From an uncultured Clostridia bacterium (GTDB lineage: Bacteria > Bacillota > Clostridia > TANB77 > CAG-508): a stretch of 64,000 nucleotides of DNA. The stretch spans positions 1,589 through 65,588 of the forward strand of contig CATJWN010000050.1 of NCBI GenBank assembly GCA_949745595.1. Reading direction: 5' to 3'. The translations under genes and the position numbers were made by a program. Shown here piece after piece: positions 7,835 through 18,553 of the stretch; within the stretch, counting starts at the first letter, position 1; each line of letters opens with the position of its first letter. The notes below the pieces were generated by a model. It searched no databases, was not told where the DNA came from, and was given only the letters and a program-made list of their open reading frames with translations.

Positions 7835-9517
7835 ATGGCATTTGATGGTTTTTTAACAAAAGCTATAATTGAGGAATTAAAACCACATCTAATCGGTGGT
7901 AAAGTTAATAAAGTCTTTGAACCGACTAAAAACGACATTGTTATTAGCTTATATAATAGTGGTAATAACTATGCTTTATCATTGTCTGCAAACCCAGAAA
8001 CTTGCAGAATCGGACTTACTACCTACTCAAAACCAAACCCACAAGTTGCACCTAATTTTTGTATGCTACTTAGAAAATATCTTATTGGTGCAAAACTAAT
8101 AGATATATCAAATATGGACTTAGAAAGGACTGTGCAACTTAAATTTGAGGCTTACAACGAACTAAATGATCTCGTAGTTAGAAAGCTTTTTGTTGAAATT
8201 ATGAGTAGACAAAGTAATATAATTTTAACTAATGAAGACAATGTTATCATAGATACTCTAAAACACGTTGATTCTTCTAGTCGTGAGCTTTTACCTGCAC
8301 ACGAGTTTGAGTTTACTCCAATAAATAAGCAAAGTTTTATAGAGCTTGACTCTTCTACTTCGCTTTTTGAAATTGTAAATGGTGAAGCTTTATCTAAATC
8401 TATACCTAATAATTTTATTGGTTTTTCAAAACCTTTTATTTTGTATAGCTTAGAAACTTTAGGCATATCAGACGAAGGATATTCTGCTTCTGATGTAGAA
8501 AGATTTTTTGACTACGTCAAAGAAGTTATTTCTAGCTTTGGAACTAATAAAGTTTCTTGTGTAAAGTTTGAAAATGGGTATACTCTAGCACTTAAAGAAA
8601 ACAATGAACCACTTAATATAAACTTTTTTATAGATGATTTCTATTTTAGTAAAGAAAAATCTAATAATTTTATAAGTTCTAGAAATAATTTGCTTAAGAT
8701 TATTTCTGGTAATTTAAAGAAAGTATCTAAGAAGCTTCAAAATATCAATTCTAAGTTACAAGAATGCGCAAATATGGATATTTATAAATTATATGGAGAA
8801 TTACTTACTGCAAATTTATATAAGTTTAAAGGCGCTCCTAATGTGTCTGAAGTTGAACTTGAAAATTACTATGATAATAATGAGTTAATTAAAATACCTC
8901 TTGACAAAAGTATTTCTATTCACAAAAACATAGATAAATATTTTAAGAAATATAATAAACTAAAAAATGCACTAACTATTGTTTCTGAGCAGAAAATTGA
9001 GTCAGAAAAAGAACTAGACTACATCCAAAGTATTGTATTTTCTCTTGAAAATGCAAAAAACTTATCTGATATAAATGAAGTTTTTGAAGAAATTTCGGAA
9101 AATGTAGTTACAGCTAAAGAAGTAGCTAAGAAAACTAAAAACAAGCAAAATAAGAAAAAAGCTAAATCAGAAGAATTTACTTTCGAATCTATCGATATTG
9201 ATGGATATCAAGTTTATATTGGAAAAAATAATATTCAAAATGACTATTTGAGTTTAAAATTTGCAGATAAAAATGATTATTGGTTTCATACTCAGAAAAT
9301 ACATGGAAGTCATATTATTTTAAAAACTAATGGAAATAACGATGTACCTGACGATGTATTTACAAAATGCGCTATACTTGCTAAACAAAACAGCAAAGCC
9401 GCTAACTCTTCAAATGTGCCTGTTGATTACTGCCTTGCAAGATATGTAAAAAAAGCCTCAGGCGCTAAACCTGGAATGGTTATCTATACTAATTATAAAA
9501 CTATATATATACGTTAA
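7835..9517 (+). CDS. rqcH: Rqc2/RqcH (NFACT, FbpA family) ribosome quality control protein
   Basis: MAFDG start, FCMLLRKYL, LFVEIMSRQSNIIL, GKNNIQND, WFHTQKIHGSH. Confidence 0.93.
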   Translation: MAFDGFLTKAIIEELKPHLIGGKVNKVFEPTKNDIVISLYNSGNNYALSLSANPETCRIGLTTYSKPNPQVAPNFCMLLRKYLIGAKLIDISNMDLERTVQLKFEAYNELNDLVVRKLFVEIMSRQSNIILTNEDNVIIDTLKHVDSSSRELLPAHEFEFTPINKQSFIELDSSTSLFEIVNGEALSKSIPNNFIGFSKPFILYSLETLGISDEGYSASDVERFFDYVKEVISSFGTNKVSCVKFENGYTLALKENNEPLNINFFIDDFYFSKEKSNNFISSRNNLLKIISGNLKKVSKKLQNINSKLQECANMDIYKLYGELLTANLYKFKGAPNVSEVELENYYDNNELIKIPLDKSISIHKNIDKYFKKYNKLKNALTIVSEQKIESEKELDYIQSIVFSLENAKNLSDINEVFEEISENVVTAKEVAKKTKNKQNKKKAKSEEFTFESIDIDGYQVYIGKNNIQNDYLSLKFADKNDYWFHTQKIHGSHIILKTNGNNDVPDDVFTKCAILAKQNSKAANSSNVPVDYCLARYVKKASGAKPGMVIYTNYKTIYIR

Positions 9518-9546
9518 AAGGCAAGTTTTAAACTTGCCCTTTTTAT

Positions 9547-10737
9547 TTATTTTACTAACTCGTAAGTATCTCTAGCTATCATAAGTTCTTCATTTGTTGG
9601 AACTACATATAAAGCTACTTTTGAACTTGGTTTAGAAATACACATTTCTTTACCTTTTTGTTTATTTTTCTCAAGGTCTAAATCAACACCTAGCCAGTCT
9701 AAGTATTTACAAATTCTTTCTCTTGTTTCAAAGCCATTCTCTCCTACACCACCTGTGAAAGTAATTACATCTACTCCGCCTAATGAAACTAGATATTGAG
9801 AAATATATTGTGCTATTTTATAACTTTGGCTATCTAAAGTAAGTATTGATCTTTCATCACCTTCTTGGCAAGCCATCTCAATGTCTCTATAATCTTCAGA
9901 AACACCAGAAACTCCCCAAGCACCTGATTGTTTATTTAATATCTCTTCCATTTCATCTGGCTTTAAATCTTCAAGTGTCATTATATATGGAATAATTGAT
10001 GGGTCTATATCTCCACATCTTGTAGCCATTGGAATTCCTGAAAGTGGTGTTAATCCCATACTTGTATCAACTGATTTTCCGTTTTTAATTGCACAAATTG
10101 AAGCTCCTTGTCCTAGATGGCAATTTATAACTTTTAAGTCTTTTAAATCTCTATCCATAAGCTCTGCTACACGACCTGCAACATATCTATGGCTAGTTCC
10201 ATGAAATCCATATTTTCTAATCTTATATTTTCCATAATATTTATATGGTATTTGATAAATAAAGGCTTTTGCTAGCATCGTTTGATGGAAAGCTGTATCA
10301 AATACTACTACCATTGGCTTACCTGGCATTGCAGCTTGTGCAGCTCTTATTCCCGCTATTCCTGCTGGATTGTGTAGTGGTGCTAAATCTGTACATTCTT
10401 CAATTTGCTCAATAACATCTTCAGTTATGATTACTGACTTACTAAACTTCTCTCCACCATGCACAATTCTATGCCCTACTGCAGAAATATCGTCTAAACT
10501 AGAAATTATATTGTACTTCTCTTCCATTAAAACTTGTAAAACAAATCTTATTGCTTCATCATAATCTCTAGCAACATGAGTTATAACCTCTTTATTGCCA
10601 CGAACATTAAGTCTTAAGGCAGATTTCATACCACCTATTCTCTCATAATTTCCCTTTACAATTCTCTCCTCATTTGTCATATCAATAAGTTGGAACTTTA
10701 AAGACGAACTTCCACAATTTAAAACAAGTATCTTCAT
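9547..10737 (-). CDS. ackA: Acetate kinase (second paralog)
   Basis: ILVLNCGSSSLKFQL, GHRIVHGG, FDTAFH, YGFHGTSH, TGGVGEN. Confidence 0.93.
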   Translation of the reverse strand: MKILVLNCGSSSLKFQLIDMTNEERIVKGNYERIGGMKSALRLNVRGNKEVITHVARDYDEAIRFVLQVLMEEKYNIISSLDDISAVGHRIVHGGEKFSKSVIITEDVIEQIEECTDLAPLHNPAGIAGIRAAQAAMPGKPMVVVFDTAFHQTMLAKAFIYQIPYKYYGKYKIRKYGFHGTSHRYVAGRVAELMDRDLKDLKVINCHLGQGASICAIKNGKSVDTSMGLTPLSGIPMATRCGDIDPSIIPYIMTLEDLKPDEMEEILNKQSGAWGVSGVSEDYRDIEMACQEGDERSILTLDSQSYKIAQYISQYLVSLGGVDVITFTGGVGENGFETRERICKYLDWLGVDLDLEKNKQKGKEMCISKPSSKVALYVVPTNEELMIARDTYELVK

Positions 10738-10760
10738 AAGCATGCCCTCCAATCAAATTT

Positions 10761-11963
10761 TTATAATTTTTCTACAATAGCCTTTGTATCACGAGCTATA
10801 ACCATCTCTTCATCTGTTGGTATAATATATGCTAAAATTTTTGAGCTATCATCAGAAATTTTTGTTTCTTCACTTCTAACTTCATTTTTCTTTAAATCAA
10901 GTTTTAAGCCCATCCACTCTAAATTTTCGCAGATTTTCTTTCTAATATTTATTTGATTTTCACCAATTCCACCAGTAAATACTAATACATCTATTCCTTT
11001 TAATGAAACTGCATATTTTGCAACAAACTCTGCTATTGTTTTTGTGAATATCTCAATTGCTATTGTTGCTTTTGGTTTATCAGCTTCATAAGAAGCAAGC
11101 TCTATTTCTCTAAAATCTGGATTTAAACCAGTAAGGCCATATAAACCAGATTTTTTATTTAATAATGAATTTGCTTCTTTTGGACTTAAATTTTCTCTTT
11201 GCATAATTTCTGTAACTACTGATGGATCTAGATCTCCTGAACGTGTTACCATAGCAATTCCACCCAGTGGAGAAAGTCCCATTGAAGTATTTATAGATTT
11301 TCCAGCTTTAATTGCACAAATTGATGCTCCTTGCCCTAAATGGCAAGTAACAATTTTTAAATCCTCTATAGGTTTACCTATAACTTCTGCTACTCTTCTT
11401 GATACATATTGATGTGAAGTGCCATGAAAACCATATTTTCTAATTCCATACTTCTCATAATATTCATAAGGTACTGGATATAAATAGTTTTCCTTTGGCA
11501 TTGTTTGATGGAAAGCTGTATCGAAAGTTGCTACCATTGGAACTCCTGGCATAGCTTTTTTACATGCATTAATTCCAAGTAAATGCGCTGGATTATGTAA
11601 TGGTGCAAGTGGCACCAATTCCTCAATATTTCTAATTACTTCATCTGTTATTAGAACAGATTTATCAAATTTCTCACCACCATGAACTATTCTATGTCCT
11701 ACTGCTGATATCTCAGATAAATCTTTTATTACTCCATAGTCACTATGTACTAATTGCTCTAAAACGATTTTTAAAGCCTCTTCATGATTATTTACAGGAC
11801 TATTTACCACATATTTTTCTCCATTTACTTTATGAGTTACAGACGAAAATTCTGGCTCTCCTATTCTTTCAAAAATTCCTTTTGCAAGGACTGTTTCATT
11901 TTCCATATCTATTAATTGATATTTTAATGAACTACTTCCACAATTTACTACTAATACTTTCAT
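10761..11963 (-). CDS. ackA: Acetate kinase
   Basis: VLVVNCGSSSLKYQL, GHRIVHGG, PLHNPA, FDTAFH, FTGGIGEN. Confidence 0.95.
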   Translation of the reverse strand: MKVLVVNCGSSSLKYQLIDMENETVLAKGIFERIGEPEFSSVTHKVNGEKYVVNSPVNNHEEALKIVLEQLVHSDYGVIKDLSEISAVGHRIVHGGEKFDKSVLITDEVIRNIEELVPLAPLHNPAHLLGINACKKAMPGVPMVATFDTAFHQTMPKENYLYPVPYEYYEKYGIRKYGFHGTSHQYVSRRVAEVIGKPIEDLKIVTCHLGQGASICAIKAGKSINTSMGLSPLGGIAMVTRSGDLDPSVVTEIMQRENLSPKEANSLLNKKSGLYGLTGLNPDFREIELASYEADKPKATIAIEIFTKTIAEFVAKYAVSLKGIDVLVFTGGIGENQINIRKKICENLEWMGLKLDLKKNEVRSEETKISDDSSKILAYIIPTDEEMVIARDTKAIVEKL

Positions 11964-11976
11964 TTTCTTCCTCCTA

Positions 11977-12975
11977 TTATTGCATTTGTGCTTGTACAGC
12001 TGTAAATGCTACAACTCCCGCAACATCTTCTGCACTGCATCCTCTTGATAAATCATTAACTGGTTTTGCTATGCCTTGACAAATTGGTCCATAAGCCTCA
12101 GCATGAGCAAATCTTTGAACTAATTTATATCCTATGTTTCCAGAATTTAAGTCTGGGAATATAAGTACGTTTGCTGTTCCTGCAACTTCACTTCCTGGTG
12201 CCTTTTTCTTTGCAACTGACTCAACAATTGCAGCATCCAATTGAAGCTCACCATCCACTTTAATTTCAGGATATTTCTCTTTAATAATTTTTGTTGCTTC
12301 TATAACTTTATCTACAAGCTCAGATGAAGCACTGCCATAAGTTGAGTATGAAAGCATTGCTACTCTTGGCTCTTTTCCTACCAAAGCTTTAAAACTTTCA
12401 CTTGAGCTTTTAGCAATTTCTGCTAAGCTACGTGAATTTGGATCTTCATTTAAACCACAATCACCAAACAATAAAACTCCATCTTCTCCATATTCACAAT
12501 TAGGTACAACCATTATGAAAAAAGCTGATACAAGTTTAGTTCCAGGTGCTGTTTTTAAAATTTGAAGTGCTGGTCTTAATGTATCTGCTGTTGAGTGGAT
12601 TGCTCCTGAAACTAATCCATCTGCTTCTCCTTCTTTTACCATCATCATTCCAAAATATACTGTATCTAAAACTAACTTTTTTGCCTCTTCCTCGCTTAAA
12701 CCTTTTTCTTTTCTAAGTTCATATAAGTCTTTAGCATATTTAGCTAATTTCTCTGTTTTCTCTGGATCTATTATATCTGCTTTTTCAATATCTATATTAT
12801 GTTCACTTGCTACTTTTCTTATCTCTTCTTCATTACCTATAAAAACAACTTTTGCATAACCTTCTTCTACTGCTTGCATACCACCTTTTAAGACTCTCTC
12901 ATCTGTTGCTTCAGGTAGTACTATTGTCTTTATTTCCTTTTTTGCCCTGTTTTTCATATCTTCTATAAAAGCCAT
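11977..12975 (-). CDS. pta: Phosphate acetyltransferase
   Basis: IVLPEATDERVL, GDCGLN, DGELQLDAA, LIFPDLNSGNIGYKL, DLSRGC. Confidence 0.96.
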   Translation of the reverse strand: MAFIEDMKNRAKKEIKTIVLPEATDERVLKGGMQAVEEGYAKVVFIGNEEEIRKVASEHNIDIEKADIIDPEKTEKLAKYAKDLYELRKEKGLSEEEAKKLVLDTVYFGMMMVKEGEADGLVSGAIHSTADTLRPALQILKTAPGTKLVSAFFIMVVPNCEYGEDGVLLFGDCGLNEDPNSRSLAEIAKSSSESFKALVGKEPRVAMLSYSTYGSASSELVDKVIEATKIIKEKYPEIKVDGELQLDAAIVESVAKKKAPGSEVAGTANVLIFPDLNSGNIGYKLVQRFAHAEAYGPICQGIAKPVNDLSRGCSAEDVAGVVAFTAVQAQMQ

Positions 12976-13138
12976 ATTTTTCCTCCTTTGACATTAACAT
13001 ACACGCATATTATATAAGAATAATTTTTAAAAGTCAATTAATATGAATAAAAAGTCAGTTCCATTTATTTATAAGAACTTTGTTACTTTTGCAATAAAAA
13101 AGCGCACTTATTTCAAAGTGCGCTTTTTTTATTTTTGA

Positions 13139-13384
13139 TTATTTATTTCTTCCAAATATTGTGATTTCTTGGAATAAGAAATCTGATAATTCAGGGAATT
13201 TTATATCTTGGAATAAAAAGTCGTGAACTTCACTTAATACTTTTTCTTCTTTTGGAGTTAATTCAAGAACGATTGGTTTGTTTAAATCAATCTCTTGGAA
13301 TAAGAAGTTTTTAACTTTTCCCCATACACCAACTTCTGCTGGTAAATTGCTTCCAGCGTTCTCGTTTAAATTGTATTCTTTCAT
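13139..13384 (-). CDS. Small hypothetical protein with three FLFQ(E/D)I repeats
   Basis: RBS GGAGG upstream, terminator at 13097-13132 downstream; internal repeats. Confidence 0.7.
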   Translation of the reverse strand: MKEYNLNENAGSNLPAEVGVWGKVKNFLFQEIDLNKPIVLELTPKEEKVLSEVHDFLFQDIKFPELSDFLFQEITIFGRNK

Positions 13385-13505
13385 TATATTGTTTCCTCCT
13401 TAGTAATTTCAAACTAATTTAATCTTAATATACTTATATTATATTTTACCTAATTTATCAATACTTTTCGTGAAATTTATATATTAAGTTTTAGCAACAA
13501 TAAAG

Positions 13506-14808
13506 TTACATTTCGTTTACAGCACCTATTAATTCCAATCCTTCTGTACCTTCTATATGTACTGGTTTCAGCTTATTACTTAAATCTGTGCCTGACTTTG
13601 CACTTACCATTATATAGTTTTCTGTATGTCCTTTATAATAGCCTTCTGCCTCTTCTTCAAATAACACTTGAACATTTTTCCCTACATAAGTTTGTAAATA
13701 TTCTTTTTCATTTTTATCAGATAATTCTAATAATTTCTTACTACGTGCTTCCTTTATCTCTCCAGAAATCTGATTTTTCATTTCTGCAGCTTTTGTGCCT
13801 TTTCTTACTGAATACTTAAATATATGCATTTTATAAAATTTTACATTATTCAATAATCTATATGTTTCTTCAAACTCTTCTTCTGTCTCACCAGGGAAAC
13901 CTACTATAATATCAGTAGTAAGTATTACATTATCATAAGCTTTTCTAAGTCTTTTAACAACCTCTTCAAACTCTTCTGCGGTATATCTTCTATTCATTCT
14001 TTTTAAAGTCTCTGTACAACCACTTTGAAGTGATAGATGGAAATGGTGACACACTTTATTTAGTTTTATAAGCCTATTTACAAATTCTTCTGAAATTAAA
14101 AGTGGCTCTATTGAACCTAATCTGATACGCTTAATTCCATCTATTTTATTTAATTCTTCTAGTAAATCAATTAAACTATATTCTTTCTGAAAATCCTTGC
14201 CATAAGAAGCTATATGTATACCTGTTATTACAATTTCTTTTATGCCTTGCTTTGCGATCTTAGTCACCTCTGTAACAATACTTTCTGGTTTTCTACTTCT
14301 TACTCTTCCTCTAGCATAAGGTATTATACAATATGAGCAAAACCTGTCACAACCATCTTGTACTTTAATAACTGCTCTGGTCTTTTCAGTATAAGAAACA
14401 GCTCCAAAATCACTATAATCAGGATTATGAAGCACATCATCTAATTCTATTTTCTTTTCATTATTACCAAAACATTTTTCAACATAATTTACAATATCTT
14501 TCTTTTCATTAGTTCCAAGTATTAAGTCAATTTCTTCAATTTGCTCTAAATCTTCTTTTGCAACCTGTGCATAACAACCAACTGCAACAACTAAAGCAGC
14601 TTCGTTAAGGTCTTTTGCCCTACGAAGCATTTGTCTTGATTTTCTATCACTTATATTGGTAACTGTGCAGGTATTTATTACATATATGTCTGCAAACTGG
14701 TCAAAATCTACTATTTCATAATTTGCTTCTACAAACTTTTGTATCATTCCATTAGTCTCATATAAATTAGTCTTACATCCGCAAAGTATGAAAGGCTACT
14801 TTTTTCAT
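13506..14808 (-). CDS. mtaB: tRNA methylthiotransferase MtaB; +1 frameshift at CGG 14779-14781
   Basis: ATG 14808 MKKVAFHTL-[C]GGA TGT AAG restores HTLGCK; CDRFCSYC radical SAM motif; C-terminal TRAM-like domain. Confidence 0.9.
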
Positions 14809-14823
14809 ATTTTATTCCTTCTA

Positions 14824-15807
14824 CTAATAAATTTTATCTAAATTATCTAGTGCTTTTCCTGTTCCTATTGCTACACATGATATTGCATCTTCTGCTATCA
14901 TTACATTAATACCTATTCTATCTTGTAACAGGCTGTCCAAACCATCAATCAAGCAACCTCCCCCTGTCATATATATACCTTTATCACTGATATCTGCCGC
15001 AAGTTCTGGTGGAGTTTTTTCTAAAACAGCATGTACTGCTTCAACTATCTTCATAGCCGGCTCTTCTAAAGCTTCCATCATTTCACTAGAATATACAGTA
15101 ATTGTCTTTGGAAGTCCTGTTGATAAATCTCTTCCCCTTACATCCATTTCCATATCTTGAAACTTTGGAAATACACAACCAACATTAACCTTTAGTTCTT
15201 CAGCTGTTCTCTCTCCTATAATAACATTATGACGTCTCTTAATATATTTTACTATATATTCGTCAAATTTATCTCCTGCAACTTTTATTGAAGAACTAAC
15301 TACTGAACCACCTAGCGAAATAACAGCAATATCAGTAGTTCCACCACCAATATCTACTATCATATTTCCAGATGGTTTTGATATGTCTATCCCCGCTCCA
15401 ATCGCTGCCGCAATTGGCTCTTCTATTAAATATACTTTTCTTGCTCCTGCATTTGAAGCTGCATCTATAACAGCTTTTTTCTCAACTTCTGTAACTTGTG
15501 AAGGTATGCAAATCATAATTCTTGGCGCAAATAAGAATTTTCCACCTATTTTATGTATGAAATATTTAAGCATTTTCTCAGTTACATTATAATCTGAAAT
15601 AACGCCATCTCTAAGTGGTCTAGTCGCAACAATATTTCCTGGTGTTCTACCTAGCATACGTCTAGCTTCATGTCCAACTGCTAAAACCTCATTTGTAAGG
15701 TTATTTACAGCCACTACTGAAGGCTCTCTTAATACAATACCTTTGCCTTTAACATAGGCTATAACCGTTGCAGTTCCTAAATCAATTCCTATATCTTGTC
15801 CAAACAT
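14824..15807 (-). CDS. mreB: Rod shape-determining actin homolog (MreB/Mbl family)
   Basis: IGIDLGTA, PLRDGVISD, VDIGGGTTD, MTGGG. Confidence 0.9.
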   Translation of the reverse strand: MFGQDIGIDLGTATVIAYVKGKGIVLREPSVVAVNNLTNEVLAVGHEARRMLGRTPGNIVATRPLRDGVISDYNVTEKMLKYFIHKIGGKFLFAPRIMICIPSQVTEVEKKAVIDAASNAGARKVYLIEEPIAAAIGAGIDISKPSGNMIVDIGGGTTDIAVISLGGSVVSSSIKVAGDKFDEYIVKYIKRRHNVIIGERTAEELKVNVGCVFPKFQDMEMDVRGRDLSTGLPKTITVYSSEMMEALEEPAMKIVEAVHAVLEKTPPELAADISDKGIYMTGGGCLIDGLDSLLQDRIGINVMIAEDAISCVAIGTGKALDNLDKIY

Positions 15808-15924
15808 TTAGTATCAATCCTTTCAATTTGCAAGTTACATTTTCGTTACAATTATATTACACATTTTTGGAAATAGCAACCTCTAATTGAATTTTTTTAA
15901 CGAATTTTTATTACAAAATTCTAC

Positions 15925-16458
15925 TTATTTCCAAAGGTCTCCATTTATGTATCTTGTTAGTGCCATAAGCACTGAAATCTCTGTCATTTCAGCTCTTGTC
16001 ATTTCATTATGTGTTAATTTTTGAATTGCTCCACCTTTATTATGATTATCTTCATCTGTATCAAAAAGCTTGCAAATAACTTTATTTAAATCTGTTTTTA
16101 TTATCTCATCAATAAATTTATCTGGTATTGGAAAAGATGGACTAAGTGCCATACTTTCTAAACCTTCATTATCTCTTATTAATACCATATTTGTATTCTC
16201 CCAAGCTCCAAATACATCATGTACACCACTTTCACAAGACAAATATAAATCTGCCATAATTTTATTTTCCTTTGCATATTTCATTAGATTATCAAGTCTG
16301 TTTTTAGCTCCTTCATATATTTGACTGTTCACTGGTTGAGCAGGTACGCCTGTCTCTACTGCTATTCCTTCAATTTCTACTTTTCCAAAATATCTAGCTA
16401 ATGCATTTCTTGCGCCTTCAATTTTACTTGGATTTTTTGTCGCTATTAATGCTTTCAT
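15925..16458 (-). CDS. Non-canonical purine NTP phosphatase (YjjX/DUF84 family)
   Basis: IATKNPSKIEGA, TGVPAQP, GAKNR, LSCESG, KGGAIQKLT. Confidence 0.8.
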   Translation of the reverse strand: MKALIATKNPSKIEGARNALARYFGKVEIEGIAVETGVPAQPVNSQIYEGAKNRLDNLMKYAKENKIMADLYLSCESGVHDVFGAWENTNMVLIRDNEGLESMALSPSFPIPDKFIDEIIKTDLNKVICKLFDTDEDNHNKGGAIQKLTHNEMTRAEMTEISVLMALTRYINGDLWK

Positions 16459-16637
16459 ATAATCTAATCTCCTTCCTCCTTTGTTTTTCTAAAACATACT
16501 CGCATATTCTATCATTAAATTTGGTCGTATTCAAGAAATTTTTGTCGAATAATTAAAAAATGTTAAAAAAATATAAAAAAAGAGTAAAATATTTTTTACA
16601 TATTTTACTCTTTCTAAAATTTAATATGGTTGTATTT

Positions 16638-16718
16638 TTAACTATCAAAATATGAATCACTAGAAGAAACAAAGCTCCCAGCATTCACTATAACTTCACT
16701 AATATTTTTCTCTTCCAT
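16638..16718 (-). CDS. Possible 26-aa small protein MEEKNISEVIVNAGSFVSSSDSYFDS
   Basis: GGGTGGGG RBS-like element just upstream of the ATG in an otherwise empty intergenic region. Confidence 0.3.
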   Translation of the reverse strand: MEEKNISEVIVNAGSFVSSSDSYFDS

Positions 16719-16862
16719 AACCCCACCCTAATAAAACCTTTCTTTTTTATATTATATTCTATTTAACTTGAAATGATTTTATCACTAACTATGTTTTTTA
16801 TGGTGAAAGTTTTGTGAAAATTTGATAAATTTATTGTGTATTTTAAACTTTCTAAAACTTTT

Positions 16863-17816
16863 TTATCTCATTAAATATGAAAATATTACAGAACTTAGTT
16901 TTAAACTATTATGTTTGATAGTTCCATCTACTGTAGTTATTAAATCTTCTTCAATTAACTCGTACTTTCTTTTACGCATATTTTCGTAATCTATAATAAC
17001 TTGATCCTTCTGTTCTTCTGTCTCGTATTTTTTTAGCATATTTTTAGATATTTTCGTATTACTTGCAATAACTACATCAATTGTATCTTTTCCTAAATAT
17101 TGTTCTAAGACTTCTACATGGTCACTAACCCCAAAGCCATCTGTTTCACCAGGCTGAGTCATTGCATTACAAATATACATTTTTTTTGCCTTTGATGTCT
17201 TTACAGCATCTGTTACAGCTTTACAAATAATGTTTGGAAGTAATGATGTATACAAACTTCCTAGACTAAATATTACTAAATCTGCCTCTTCTATTGCTTC
17301 TATAACTTCTGGCAAAACTTTCGGCTCATCTTTATAGAAAAATCTTTTGTATTTCTTATCAGCTTTTGTAATCTCCTCTTCTCCTTCAATTATTTCTCCA
17401 TCAACTGTCTCTCCCATTAAAATCAAATAATCTTCTGATAATGGTAATACCCTCTGCTTAACATCTAAAATTTTACTTAAATATTCAATGCTAGTTTTTA
17501 AACTTCCAGTCTCTTTTATTAATGAAGTCAATACTAGATTACCAAGTGCATGACCGTTTAACTCACTATATGTTGATAATCTATATTCCATTACATCTCG
17601 AACTTCATCTGGTAATGTCGATAAATTACTTAATACTTTTCTAATATCACCAACTGCTGGTGTTGCAAACTCTTTTCTTAGTCTTCCTGTTGAACTTCCA
17701 TCATCTGATACCGTTATTACAGCCGTTAAATCTATAGGAAAATACTTTAACCCCTTTACTACAAATGATGTTCCTGTACCACCACCTAGTAATACTACTT
17801 TTTTATTTTGTTGCAT
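16863..17816 (-). CDS. yvcK: YvcK/CofD-family protein (gluconeogenesis/uridine diphosphate-sugar binding)
   Basis: VVLLGGGTG, TVSDDGSSTG, GDIR, GHALGNL, GSLYTSLLPN. Confidence 0.9.
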   Translation of the reverse strand: MQQNKKVVLLGGGTGTSFVVKGLKYFPIDLTAVITVSDDGSSTGRLRKEFATPAVGDIRKVLSNLSTLPDEVRDVMEYRLSTYSELNGHALGNLVLTSLIKETGSLKTSIEYLSKILDVKQRVLPLSEDYLILMGETVDGEIIEGEEEITKADKKYKRFFYKDEPKVLPEVIEAIEEADLVIFSLGSLYTSLLPNIICKAVTDAVKTSKAKKMYICNAMTQPGETDGFGVSDHVEVLEQYLGKDTIDVVIASNTKISKNMLKKYETEEQKDQVIIDYENMRKRKYELIEEDLITTVDGTIKHNSLKLSSVIFSYLMR

Positions 17817-17841
17817 AATGAAGGTCTCCTCTTATTTATTT

Positions 17842-18087
17842 TTATATTTTATGCACTGAATTATTATATAATTCATCTGGGCAAATGTCTGCTCCATTTT
17901 CCCAAGATATTGATAAACCATCAATTTTGACTTTTGCAAATTTTTCTTTATTTTTTAGTTCTGAAAATGCTTTATGAGTCAAATATGGTTTGACATCAAA
18001 AAATTTCGTCTCATCATTATCAAATGTGACTTCTAAAATATAATTTTCTTTAACACTAACATTTATAGCTCTTGGTCTCATAAACAT
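17842..18087 (-). CDS. DUF2442-family protein
   Basis: LEVTFDNDETKFFDVKPYL...ISWENGADICPDELY. Confidence 0.8.
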   Translation of the reverse strand: MFMRPRAINVSVKENYILEVTFDNDETKFFDVKPYLTHKAFSELKNKEKFAKVKIDGLSISWENGADICPDELYNNSVHKI

Positions 18088-18353
18088 TACTCCAATCCTT
18101 TTATTTTTATGATTTCACCATCTCTATTATATGCTGTCCATGCAGCTTCTAATTCTTCTCTATGTATTTCCATCCAAGCCTCTATTAATTTTAGCTTCTT
18201 ACTTGGCATGTTTCCATTTATTATTGTGCCATCTAACGTTATTGATATTTCATATTCACCATATTTAGCATGTATATGTGGCTTATTATGATGCCCACCT
18301 AATTCTACATAGATGTATATCAATATTCCATAAAATTGAGAAATAACGGGCAA
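18087..18353 (-). CDS. DUF4160-family protein
   Basis: MPVISQFYGILIYIY...HNKPHIHAKYGEY...WMEIHREEL; coupled to the DUF2442 gene. Confidence 0.82.
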   Translation of the reverse strand: MPVISQFYGILIYIYVELGGHHNKPHIHAKYGEYEISITLDGTIINGNMPSKKLKLIEAWMEIHREELEAAWTAYNRDGEIIKIKGLE

Positions 18354-18553
18354 TTTATCACCTCCTAATATAACATATTTTTTTCATTTTTTCAATACTG
18401 GATATTTTTGCTTTAGAATAAAGCTCGATTTCTTGAATGATACTCAAGAACTATAAACGTTAATATATTATTCGACATATTTTGTGAAAATCCTTGTTAT
18501 AAAATAAAAACTTCCGTTTAAAATATGGAAGTTTTTATTTTACATATTAAATT

